Below are positions 55,270 through 64,000 of a stretch of 64,000 nt of DNA, piece after piece. The stretch's first letter is position 1. Each line of letters opens with the position of its first letter. The DNA comes from a virus. A model generated the notes under the pieces. It saw only the letters and a program-made list of their open reading frames with translations, did no database searches and was not told where the DNA came from. The stretch lies in the IMG/VR virus record IMGVR_UViG_3300050343_000110, one strand, 5' to 3'. A program made the translations under genes and the position numbers.

Positions 55270-56591
55270 ATGTTCAAAACAGAACATCTACAGGAAAAGT
55301 GGGCACCAGTACTAGAGCACAACGATCTTCCAGAGATCAATGACTCTTATCGTAAGGCTGTCACCACTGTAATCCTAGAAAACCAAGAAAAGGCTCTCAA
55401 TGAGGACAGAGGTTTCCTCGGCGAAGCAGCCCCAACAAACGCAACAGGTTCAGCTGTTGACAATTGGGATCCGATACCTCATCTCCCTCGTAAGACGGGC
55501 GATGCCTAACCTTATCGCATATGATATTGCTGGTGTTCAGCCAATGACTGGCCCAACAGGACTTATCTTTGCAATGAGATCACGTTACAAGGCTCAGAAC
55601 GGTACTGAGAACCAGTACGCAGAACCAGAATCAGCATTCTCTGGTGCCGCAGCAAACACTAACATCCCAGGCTCTGCCGGTACTTCATCTAACGGTGAAA
55701 CTAACCCAGCAGTTCTTAACGATGGTTCGCCAGGCGCATATACTGCTGATGGTGGTATGACTACTGCAACTGCTGAAGCATTGGGTGATGCGTCAAACAA
55801 TGCATTCGCTGAAATGGCATTCTCAATCGAGAAAAACACCGTTGAAGCAAAGTCAAGAGCTCTTAAAGCCGAGTACACAATGGAACTCGCACAAGACCTT
55901 AAAGCAATTCATGGTTTGGATGCAGAAACAGAATTGGCAAACATCTTGTCATCTGAAATTCTTGCTGAAATCAACCGTGAAGTTGTCCGTACAATCTATG
56001 TAACTGCTAAGCCAGGCGCACAGACTGATACTGCAACTTCTGGTATCTTCGACATGGACGTTGATTCAAACGGCCGTTGGAGTGTTGAGAAGTTTAAAGG
56101 ACTTATGTTCCAAGTTGAGCGTGATGCCAACGCAATTGCACAAGAGACACGCAGAGGAAAAGGTAACATGATTATCTGTTCTTCAGATGTTGCTTCTGCA
56201 CTGCAAATGGCTGGTGTACTTGATTACACACCTGCTCTTAACAACAACTTGAATGTTGACGATGCTGGTAACACTTTCGCTGGTGTTCTTAACGGACGTT
56301 ACAAAGTGTTTATCGAACCCATATGCTGCAAACGGTGCTGCAAAACAGTACTACACTGTAGGTTATAAGGGTACTTCACCTTACGATGCAGGTCTGTTCT
56401 ACTGCCCATACGTTCCACTTCAGATGGTTCGTGCAGTGGGTGAGAACAACTTCCAGCCTAAAATTGGTTTCAAGACTCGTTACGGTCTTACTGCAAACCC
56501 ATTTGCTGGTGGTGCAACAGTACGCTCTGGCGCACTTACTGCCAACGACAACGTATATTACAGAAGAGTACAAGTTACAAACATCATGTAA
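55270..56591 (+). CDS. gp23: major capsid protein gp23 (frameshifts ~55475 and ~56315)
   Basis: GVQPMTGPTGLIFAMRSRY; ELAQDLKAIHGLDAE; YCPYVPLQM. Confidence 0.97.
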
Positions 56592-56618
56592 TAAGAGTTG
56601 TTTCAACAACCGAAACTC

Positions 56619-56646
56619 AAGGGGAGCAGAAATGCTCCCCTTTTTT
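56619..56646 (+). terminator. rho-independent terminator after gp23
   Basis: GGGGAGCA-GAAA-TGCTCCCC followed by T6. Confidence 0.9.
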
Positions 56647-56675
56647 CTTTATAAATAGTATAAAGGAAGAACACT

Positions 56676-57257
56676 ATGGCAAAAATAAATCCGTTACAAA
56701 GACAACCTTCTAACATGGACTTTGCAAGTCCTACGCAGTTTAGGTTTACATTGTTGAAGATACCTAACGTAGAGTATTTTACAACAAACGTAAATATCCC
56801 TGGCATAAGTTTTACAGGTGATGCATCTATTAATACACGTTTTAAATCTATTGCGTTCATGGGTGACACTATGGACTTTGAAGATTTGAGTATTACGTTT
56901 TTAGTAAATGAAGATTTGTCTAACTATCGTGAAATCCACGATTGGATGATTGGTATTGGTTTTCCTAAAAATAACGAACAATTCACTTCGGCTATCGCAT
57001 CAGAGGCACAAACAAATCCTGGCGAACCTTCAATAAACACACAAAGAAAGAGTGTGGGTAAACCATCAGTATTGATGAGTGATGCAACACTTACTATTCT
57101 AACCAACAAAAACAATCCAAAGGTAAGAGTAAACTTTTCTAACTGTTTCCCAACAACCCTTACTGGTATTGACTATAATACACAAGTTACAGATACAGAG
57201 CAGTTGACTGCAACTGTTACACTGAAATATGACTTGTACGAATTTGAAAGCATATAA
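56676..57257 (+). CDS. gp3: tail completion/tube terminator gp3-like
   Basis: PNVEYF..NIPG; FLVNEDLSNYREIHDW; SDATL; FP. Confidence 0.85.
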   Translation: MAKINPLQRQPSNMDFASPTQFRFTLLKIPNVEYFTTNVNIPGISFTGDASINTRFKSIAFMGDTMDFEDLSITFLVNEDLSNYREIHDWMIGIGFPKNNEQFTSAIASEAQTNPGEPSINTQRKSVGKPSVLMSDATLTILTNKNNPKVRVNFSNCFPTTLTGIDYNTQVTDTEQLTATVTLKYDLYEFESI

Positions 57258-57264
57258 ATATACC

Positions 57265-57351
57265 GAGCAGAAAATGGTTGACTTGGACACCCTTTTTTGA
57301 GGCTCTTTCGTAGAGACAATATAGTAACGCAAGTTACAACCCACTCTGCTC
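57265..57351 (+). ncRNA. putative structured leader RNA upstream of uvsY
   Basis: Nested complementary segments, starting just after TATAAATA (57253). Confidence 0.55.
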
Positions 57352-57372
57352 ACTTTATACTATGGAGATATA

Positions 57373-57802
57373 ATGAAACTAGATGAACTTCAGCAAATGG
57401 CTGAGATTGACATGAAACAGGATGACTTAGAACTCGCAGATGAGTCTTTAAGAAACGCATCCCTTCACCAAAAATATCTTAATCACCTAAATCACTACAA
57501 ACAACTTCTCATTATGAAGAGGGGTGAATATAATATTCTTAAAAGAAAAAAGTGGGAATATTATTCAGGTAAATCTGACCCCTGAAGTGTATCGTGATAA
57601 TCCATTCGATCATAAAATATTAAAAGCGGATTTGCATATCTACCTAGATTCGGATAAAGAAATGGTAGAGATGAAACAACTCATAGAATATTATGAGATG
57701 TGTGTATCTACTTGTGAATCTATTATGAAGAATGTTTCTGATAGACAGTGGAATATTAAGAACGCAATTGCTTGGCGTAAGTTTGTAGATGGTGCGATTT
57801 AG
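57373..57802 (+). CDS. uvsY: recombination mediator UvsY (frameshift ~57580)
   Basis: LHQKYL...KWEYYSGK...YLDSD...IKNAIAWRKF; precedes uvsW. Confidence 0.9.
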
Positions 57803-59274
57803 TGACATCAATCTCTAAGAAAAATGAGGTTTTTCTAAGGGTAGAGACTGAACCATCTGTTGCAAGGATGTTATCAGATTACTTTACCTTTGAAGTGCCA
57901 GGCGCTAGATTTATGCCTGCATATAGAAATAGGATTTGGGATGGAAAGATAAGACTTTTTTCTCCAGCCAATGGAGAATTGTATATTGGACTATTACCCT
58001 ACCTAACAAAATATCTAGATGATTTTGAAGAAGATTATACTATAAGTGAGGACTTACAAGATGAAAAACAAATCGACAGACAGATATTGGATGGATTCAT
58101 ACGCAGCCTTAGACTTCGATCCAATGGAAGAGGAATTAAACCTCGTGACTATCAAGTGGCTGCAGTGGAGTACGCAATTAGAAAACATCGTGCTTTGCTC
58201 CTTAGCCCTACTGCTTCGGGCAAATCTTTAATAATCTACATTCTGATACGATATTATGATATGTTGTTGTCAGAGACAGAACAAGATAAGATACTAATAC
58301 TTGTTCCCACAACATCTTTGGTTGAACAAATGCATTCTGACTTTATTGATTATGGATGGTTAGAAGCATATATGCAAAAAGTATATAGTGGGTATGATAG
58401 AAAAGTAGAAAAGAAACTTGTAATATCCACATGGCAATCTTTGTATAAAATGCCCAAGAGTTACTTTGAACAATTCGGTTGTGTAATTGGTGACGAGGCC
58501 CATTTATTTAAATCAAAATCCTTAACATCTATTCTAACTAAACTACATTTATGTAAGTATCGTTTTGGATTGACAGGTACACTAGACGGTATGCAAACCC
58601 ATCGACTTGTATTAGAAGGCCTGTTCGGCAGTCTAAATAAAGTTATTACCACAAAAGAACTAATTGACAAGAAAACTCTTGCAGATTTTTCAATTAAAGC
58701 ATTAGTTTTATCTTACCCAGAAAATGAATGCAAGTTAGTGAAAGATATGAACTATCAAGATGAGGTAGATTATATTGTACGTCACACAGAAAGAAATAAA
58801 TTTATTTTGGGGTTGACAAAGACAATAAAAGGTAATACATTAGTACTATTTCAATTTGTAGAGAAACACGGTTCTGTTCTATATGATATGATGAAAGACT
58901 TAGATAGAAAAGTTTTCTATGTGCATGGTGGAACAGATACCCAAACAAGGGAAGATATTCGTGCGATTACTGAGAAAGAAAATAATGCGATTATTGTTGC
59001 ATCCTATGGTACTTTTTCTACTGGCATTAATATTCGTAATCTACACAACATCGTGTTCTCTAGTCCTTCCAAAAGTCGTATCAGAGTTTTGCAGTCAATC
59101 GGAAGAGGCTTGCGAGTTGGAGATACTAAAGATACCGCTACCCTATTCGACATAAGTGATGACTTTACCCACAAGTCAAAGCGTAATTTTACATTGAATC
59201 ACTTTTTAGAAAGAATAAATATATACAATGAAGAGCAGTTTGATTATGAAATCAAAAGGATAAAAATGAAATGA
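57802..59274 (+). CDS. uvsW: DNA helicase UvsW
   Basis: WDGKIRLF; SPTASGKS; DEAH; QSIGRGLR. Confidence 0.95.
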   Translation: MTSISKKNEVFLRVETEPSVARMLSDYFTFEVPGARFMPAYRNRIWDGKIRLFSPANGELYIGLLPYLTKYLDDFEEDYTISEDLQDEKQIDRQILDGFIRSLRLRSNGRGIKPRDYQVAAVEYAIRKHRALLLSPTASGKSLIIYILIRYYDMLLSETEQDKILILVPTTSLVEQMHSDFIDYGWLEAYMQKVYSGYDRKVEKKLVISTWQSLYKMPKSYFEQFGCVIGDEAHLFKSKSLTSILTKLHLCKYRFGLTGTLDGMQTHRLVLEGLFGSLNKVITTKELIDKKTLADFSIKALVLSYPENECKLVKDMNYQDEVDYIVRHTERNKFILGLTKTIKGNTLVLFQFVEKHGSVLYDMMKDLDRKVFYVHGGTDTQTREDIRAITEKENNAIIVASYGTFSTGINIRNLHNIVFSSPSKSRIRVLQSIGRGLRVGDTKDTATLFDISDDFTHKSKRNFTLNHFLERINIYNEEQFDYEIKRIKMK

Positions 59275-59663
59275 TTCACGATACAAAAATATTAAAATTA
59301 TCAAGTGGTGAGGAAATCATATGCAAGGTGGTTCACCAACCAGAGAATGATTATATGAGTCTTGTGCAACCAATGAAATTAAATTCTTATCCAAAGGCTA
59401 CTAAGCATGGACTTGAAGAAGCACTATCTCTACAAAGGTGGATTCATTTTGCAGAAACAGATACCTTTGATGTTGCAAAATCTCAAGTTCTGGTATTAAC
59501 AGAAGCCTCTCTAGGCTTAGTAAAATTTTATGAGTACTGTGTTAAGAAAGCAAAGTGGGAAGAAGATGAAGTTCTAGCCCCATCCAATCAAGAGTTAAAT
59601 GATATTGAAAATGAAGAAATGTGGGAAGAGTTTGGTGAACCTGACTCTAGTACTATACATTAG
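59271..59663 (+). CDS. conserved T4-like hypothetical protein (Sm-like fold possible)
   Basis: KILKLSSGEEII N-terminus; usual position between uvsW and gp55. Confidence 0.7.
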   Translation: MIHDTKILKLSSGEEIICKVVHQPENDYMSLVQPMKLNSYPKATKHGLEEALSLQRWIHFAETDTFDVAKSQVLVLTEASLGLVKFYEYCVKKAKWEEDEVLAPSNQELNDIENEEMWEEFGEPDSSTIH

Positions 59664-59692
59664 ATCTATCTATTCTCAAACCCAGCATAGCT

Positions 59693-59721
59693 GTTATACC
59701 AAGTTGTCAAGGGCTTGTCAA
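59693..59721 (-). promoter_or_regulatory. sigma70-type promoter, antisense to the uvsW operon
   Basis: Minus strand TTGACA-17bp-TATAAC with TG extension. Confidence 0.6.
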
Positions 59722-59757
59722 TAACTTTTTGAAATTAAATGAATATTAATTTATCTA

Positions 59758-59786
59758 TTGACAATTGAATCAAGATATAGTATTAT
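59758..59786 (+). promoter_or_regulatory. sigma70-type promoter for the gp55 operon
   Basis: TTGACA-17bp-TATTAT. Confidence 0.75.
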
Positions 59787-59830
59787 GTATCTACTAATCG
59801 CATAAAAGCGATAAATTATGTGGAGTTATT

Positions 59831-60376
59831 ATGGCTAAAAGAAAAACAGGAGTGCATTATGTAAACAATGCACAATTCCTAGAAGCAATGAAAGAATGGA
59901 AAGATCGTTGCAAAGAAGCTGAGGAACTAGGTGAACCACAACCACCAGTGACTAACTATATTGGTGAATGCTTCTTAAAAATTGCAAACCATCTTTCTTA
60001 CAGACCAAATTTTATTAATTATACCTATAGAGATGAAATGATTTCAGACGGTATTGAGAATTGTCTACAATACTGTGGCAACTTCAATCCAGAGAAATCA
60101 AACAATCCATTTGCGTATTTTACACAGATTATCTATTACGCATTCATTCGTAGAATTCAAAAAGAAAAGAAACAACAACACATTCGTCACAAAGTAATTG
60201 AGAATATGAATGTTGATATTCTTGCAGTTGGTGAGGATATGGAACAGGCACAGTTTGTGGAGTATCTACAGAAGAACTTCCTACCAGCCGAAGATGTTTA
60301 TAAACCTAAGAAGAAAAAGAAAACTGAACCTAAAGGACTAGAGAAATTTTACGATGAAGATAGCGCTGATAACTGA
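59831..60376 (+). CDS. gp55: late-transcription sigma factor gp55
   Basis: HYVNN; YIGECFLKIA; EMISDGIENC; NPFAYFTQI. Confidence 0.97.
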   Translation: MAKRKTGVHYVNNAQFLEAMKEWKDRCKEAEELGEPQPPVTNYIGECFLKIANHLSYRPNFINYTYRDEMISDGIENCLQYCGNFNPEKSNNPFAYFTQIIYYAFIRRIQKEKKQQHIRHKVIENMNVDILAVGEDMEQAQFVEYLQKNFLPAEDVYKPKKKKKTEPKGLEKFYDEDSADN

Positions 60377-61430
60377 TACCCACTTTGGCGCTCGCAATGA
60401 TAATCTAGCATTCAACGAATACTTCTACAAGTTTTGGGAGAATACTTTCTTCCCTTATCTTGACGAACATAAGATTGATACGATTATCCATCTTGGTGAT
60501 TTGATGGACAGACGTAAGTTTGTATCCTATAAAATTGCAAAAGATTTGCGTGAGCGTTTTATCCTTCCTATTGTATCTAGAGGAATCAAGATGCACGTTA
60601 TGGCAGGAAACCATGATACCTATTATAAGAACACCAATGAGATTAACTCTCTCTACGAACTACTAGGTGGGCCAGGAGAAGAAAAATATTCTGGTATTGA
60701 ATGTTATGATGGCCCATGTACCCAAGAGTTTGATGGAACAGGGATTCACTTTATGCCGTGGATTTGTTCTGATAACTACGAGCGTTCTATGAGAAGTATT
60801 CAATCAACCTATGCACAAGTTTGTATGGGGCATTTTGAAATCAATGGATTTGAAATGCATAAAGGACACTTCTCAGAAAACGGTTACGATAAGAAGTTTC
60901 TAAATAAGTTCGATACTGTGTTCTCTGGACACTTCCATAAGAAGTCTGATGATGGCCATGTATATTATCTTGGTAACACATACCAGATGACTTGGAGTGA
61001 TGATGGTTGTCAGAAAGGTTTCCATATCTTTGACACCAACACCAGAGAACTAGAACGTATCGTCAATCCTTACACTATATTTGAAAAAGTATATTATGAT
61101 GATACTACTACAAATTATAATGACTTTGACATCTTGACATTAAGAGATAAGTTTGTTAAAATAGTAGTAGTAAATAAAAAAGACTTGTATCAATTCGATA
61201 GATTCATTGATAAAGTCCTTGGTGAATCTGGAGCCCATGAGGTAAAGATTGTAGAGGACTTCAGTGATTTAGATGCATCGAATGTTGATGATGCAATCAT
61301 TGAGAATGCAGAGGACACTATGACTCTGTTAGAGCGCTACATTGATGAACTTGATGTAGATTTGAATAAGAAAAGATTGACTAGTATGATGAAGTCACTT
61401 TATGTAGAAGCGAGCGACTTGGAACTTTGA
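60354..61430 (+). CDS. gp47: recombination endonuclease gp47 (Mre11/SbcD-like)
   Basis: DTHFG; HLGD; GNHD; SGHFH. Confidence 0.95.
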   Translation: MKIALITDTHFGARNDNLAFNEYFYKFWENTFFPYLDEHKIDTIIHLGDLMDRRKFVSYKIAKDLRERFILPIVSRGIKMHVMAGNHDTYYKNTNEINSLYELLGGPGEEKYSGIECYDGPCTQEFDGTGIHFMPWICSDNYERSMRSIQSTYAQVCMGHFEINGFEMHKGHFSENGYDKKFLNKFDTVFSGHFHKKSDDGHVYYLGNTYQMTWSDDGCQKGFHIFDTNTRELERIVNPYTIFEKVYYDDTTTNYNDFDILTLRDKFVKIVVVNKKDLYQFDRFIDKVLGESGAHEVKIVEDFSDLDASNVDDAIIENAEDTMTLLERYIDELDVDLNKKRLTSMMKSLYVEASDLEL

Positions 61431-63133
61431 TTACATTTAATAAAGTACGGTGGAAGAACTTTCTATCCACTGGAAATCAATTCACTGAAATACAGTTGGA
61501 CTATGCTCCAACTACGTTAATTATTGGGGAAAACGGAGCCGGTAAGTCTACTATTCTGGATGCGCTTTGTTTTGTCCTGTTCAATAAACCTTTTCGTAAT
61601 ATCTCAAAATCACAACTCGTGAACTCTGTTAATGGTAATGGTACTATCGTTGAGGTAGAGTTTAATGTGAACAATAAAGATGTGAAGGTTGTTCGTGGTA
61701 TCAAACCAAACAAGTTTGAAGTTTGGATTGGTGGTACTATGATAAACCAAGACGCAAATGCAAGGGATTATCAGAAACATCTAGAACAACAAATCTTAGG
61801 ATTGAACTATCGTTCTTTCACACAGGTTGTTATTCTTGGTTCATCTACCTTTGTTCCTTTCATGCAGTTGTCTACAAAGGCTCGCCGTGAGGTTGTCGAG
61901 GATATCCTAGATATCAAGATTTTCTCACTGATGAACTTTCTTCTCAAGAACAAGAATAAGTCTCTTGCAGAGGATATTCGTGATGTTCAGTATAACTTTG
62001 ACTTAACAAAAGAAAAGGTTACATTACAAGAAAAATTTATTAAAGAAGTTGTAAACAATAAGTCTGCTATTATTGCAGAGAACCAACAGAAGTTATGGGA
62101 TAATAAAAGCACTATTGACTTCAGAAGAGATGATGTGAAAGCATTAGAGATTGATAACGAAAATCTATCTTATGATGCAGAAGAGAAAGCAAAACTAGAA
62201 CAGAAACTAAAGAAACTAACTCAAACAGAAGCAGCCCTTCAGAACAGGAAATCTGAGCATGACCGTCAAATCAAATTTTTCAAGGACAACGATGAATGCC
62301 CGTCTTGCGAACAGCCGATTACAGAATCAACTAAGCAGACGCAGATTGAATCCAGAACCACAAAAATCGGAGACATCGAAAACGGTATCGCAGATTTACA
62401 AAGAATGGAATCAGAAGAACAAGACAGACTCCAATCAATCTTAGTAGACTTAGAAACTATTCGTAAGAATGATGTTGAGAGGGCCAAAATACTTTCCTCT
62501 ATTGCAGAGTTGGAAAAGTTCAATGCAAAACTAGAAAAAGATATTGAGGCATATCAAAACGGTTCTGTGTCAGAAGAAGATAAGATAAAACTTGCAGAAC
62601 TAAAAGGACAGATAAAGTCGATTGAAGAACAAAAGACTAAGTTGAATGAAGATAAGTTTTACATTGATGTTGCTCGTAATCTTTTACAAGATAGTGGCAT
62701 CAAGACAAAGATTGTAAAACAGTATCTACCAATTATGAATAAGTTGGTAAACACATATCTATCATCTATGGATTTCTTTGTTAACTTTAATATTGATGAG
62801 AACTTCAATGAAACAATCAAGTCACGTTTCAGAGATGAGTTCTCTTATGCATCATTCTCAGAAGGTGAGAAGATGCGAATTGATTTGGCACTTCTATTTA
62901 CATGGAGAGCCATTGCAAAGATGAAAAACTCTACGAATACGAATCTACTAATACTAGATGAGATATTTGATTCATCTTTGGATAACACTGGTACTGATGA
63001 TTTTCTAAAGATTTTGAATACATTTGACCAACAGAATGTATTTGTCATATCACACAAACAGGATATGTTGTTTGATAAGTTTAGAAACATTATTCAGTTT
63101 AAGAAAGAGAAAAACTTTAGTAGGATGGTATAA
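61427..63133 (+). CDS. gp46: recombination ATPase gp46 (Rad50/SbcC-like)
   Basis: GENGAGKST; CPSC zinc hook; FSEGEK; LILDE; ISH. Confidence 0.96.
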   Translation: MITFNKVRWKNFLSTGNQFTEIQLDYAPTTLIIGENGAGKSTILDALCFVLFNKPFRNISKSQLVNSVNGNGTIVEVEFNVNNKDVKVVRGIKPNKFEVWIGGTMINQDANARDYQKHLEQQILGLNYRSFTQVVILGSSTFVPFMQLSTKARREVVEDILDIKIFSLMNFLLKNKNKSLAEDIRDVQYNFDLTKEKVTLQEKFIKEVVNNKSAIIAENQQKLWDNKSTIDFRRDDVKALEIDNENLSYDAEEKAKLEQKLKKLTQTEAALQNRKSEHDRQIKFFKDNDECPSCEQPITESTKQTQIESRTTKIGDIENGIADLQRMESEEQDRLQSILVDLETIRKNDVERAKILSSIAELEKFNAKLEKDIEAYQNGSVSEEDKIKLAELKGQIKSIEEQKTKLNEDKFYIDVARNLLQDSGIKTKIVKQYLPIMNKLVNTYLSSMDFFVNFNIDENFNETIKSRFRDEFSYASFSEGEKMRIDLALLFTWRAIAKMKNSTNTNLLILDEIFDSSLDNTGTDDFLKILNTFDQQNVFVISHKQDMLFDKFRNIIQFKKEKNFSRMV

Positions 63134-63444
63134 TGGATCAAAGTGAACGGTTTAAAGAATTACTAGAAGAAATGAAAAAGACACACGATGCAAAGCGTCA
63201 CGACTATGCAAGTGTGGAAGATGTGTTTGCAAACTTTAGAACCTGTGAGATGGGTGGTATCCCAGCATGGAAGGGATGTTGTGTTCGACTAGGAGACAAG
63301 TTCAGCCGTATTATGGGTTTTGCAAAGAAAGAACTACTTGAGGTTAAAGATGAGAGTATCAAGGATACACTTATTGACATGGCCAATTATGCTTTGATAG
63401 CATTAATTCTTTATGAGGAATATAAGGATGGGAAAAAGAAGTGA
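63133..63444 (+). CDS. DUF1599-like / nucleotide-modification-associated protein
   Basis: KRHDY..ANF..RLGDKFSR..ESIKDTLIDMANYA. Confidence 0.7.
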   Translation: MDQSERFKELLEEMKKTHDAKRHDYASVEDVFANFRTCEMGGIPAWKGCCVRLGDKFSRIMGFAKKELLEVKDESIKDTLIDMANYALIALILYEEYKDGKKK

Positions 63445-63952
63445 TTTTGAGAGGGTGGAAAGAGATTTCTACCCTACTCCTATAGAGGCAGTAAGGCCTC
63501 TTGTTCCCCACTTACCAAAGACAGGATTGTTTGCAGAACCTTGTGCCGGTGACGGTAGACTGATTCGACACATAGAACAACTGACAAAACTGTTAGGGTA
63601 CTGGATGACTGACATAGAACCTATGGCAGACTTTGTTGGTGATGGTGATGCAATGACTGATAAGATTGTAGGATGTGATGTTTGCATAACAAACCCACCT
63701 TGGAATCGTAAGATACTACACCCCCTTATCGTAAATCTATCTGACCAGTTACCAACTTGGTTACTCTTTGATGCAGATTGGATGCATACGAAACAAAGTA
63801 TAGAATTCATGCCTAGGTTGAGGAAGGTAGTCAGCATCGGCCGTGTGAAGTGGATAGAAGGTAGTAAGAGTACAGGTAAGGACAATTGTTGTTGGTATCT
63901 GTTCGATAAACCAGATGGTGAATGGCCAACACAATTTTTTGGAAGAAACTGA
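63428..63952 (+). CDS. putative amino (N6-A/N4-C) DNA methyltransferase
   Basis: DFYPTP; EPCAGDG SAM-binding motif; ITNPPW catalytic motif. Confidence 0.8.
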   Translation: MGKRSDFERVERDFYPTPIEAVRPLVPHLPKTGLFAEPCAGDGRLIRHIEQLTKLLGYWMTDIEPMADFVGDGDAMTDKIVGCDVCITNPPWNRKILHPLIVNLSDQLPTWLLFDADWMHTKQSIEFMPRLRKVVSIGRVKWIEGSKSTGKDNCCWYLFDKPDGEWPTQFFGRN

Positions 63953-63972
63953 AAAAAAGTTATAAAAACATC

Positions 63973-64000
63973 TTGACTTTTGTTATAAGAACGTATATAC
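63973..64000 (+). promoter_or_regulatory. sigma70-type promoter (truncated at window end)
   Basis: TTGACT-17bp-TATAC... Confidence 0.6.

Noticed and set aside
3100-57802. Dozens of frameshifts as programmed recoding or pseudogenes; several are an extra C in GACCC(C)T (about 3352, 15122, 51570, 53763, 57580)
   Set aside because: They hit essential genes (gp23, gp17, gp20, gp21, gp13), sit mostly in short homopolymers, and intact GACCCT sites also occur (e.g. ~3437, ~40303). Best explained as long-read indel errors; raw reads or polishing would confirm.
248-63885. The many minus-strand ORFs in the track
   Set aside because: They are shadows of plus-strand genes with no RBS or recognisable motifs; only 48046-48345 is accepted.
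1-64000. tRNA genes, introns/inteins, alternative genetic code
   Set aside because: No cloverleaf seen in the few intergenic gaps; gp17, uvsW and gp46 are of normal length; TAA, TAG and TGA all end genes normally.

Overview
64 kb of an AT-rich, T4-like (myovirus) bacteriophage genome, probably marine. The gene order resembles T4-like cyano/pelagiphages, and no photosynthesis genes, tRNAs or CRISPR arrays were seen. From left to right: (1) 1-3050, small early genes behind near-consensus sigma70 promoters; (2) 3100-21500, baseplate module (gp5 without lysozyme domain, PAAR, SNase-like nuclease, gp25, gp6, gp7-like, gp9/10-like, gp8, giant VrlC/DUF4815-like protein); (3) 21500-38000 and 40400-46400, a very large array of modular fibre/adhesin genes plus small partner genes, which also surrounds the gp16 gene; (4) neck gp13-15, terminase, sheath, tube, portal, prohead and capsid genes, gp3; (5) uvsY, uvsW, gp55, gp47, gp46, a DUF1599-like gene and a DNA methyltransferase. 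Late genes are marked by TATAAATA promoters. Many essential genes are split by single-base indels, most likely long-read errors, so coordinates for joined genes are my reconstructions. Main hunt results: a recurring 'plug-and-socket' grammar of terminal peptides that could build a branched, shufflable adhesin tree; a multi-stem RNA between a late promoter and uvsY; apparent avoidance of GGWCC and WCC(W)GGW; a cluster of GcrA/CcrM-type YGAKTCG sites at the early promoters; and an antisense copy of an early promoter upstream of gp55.
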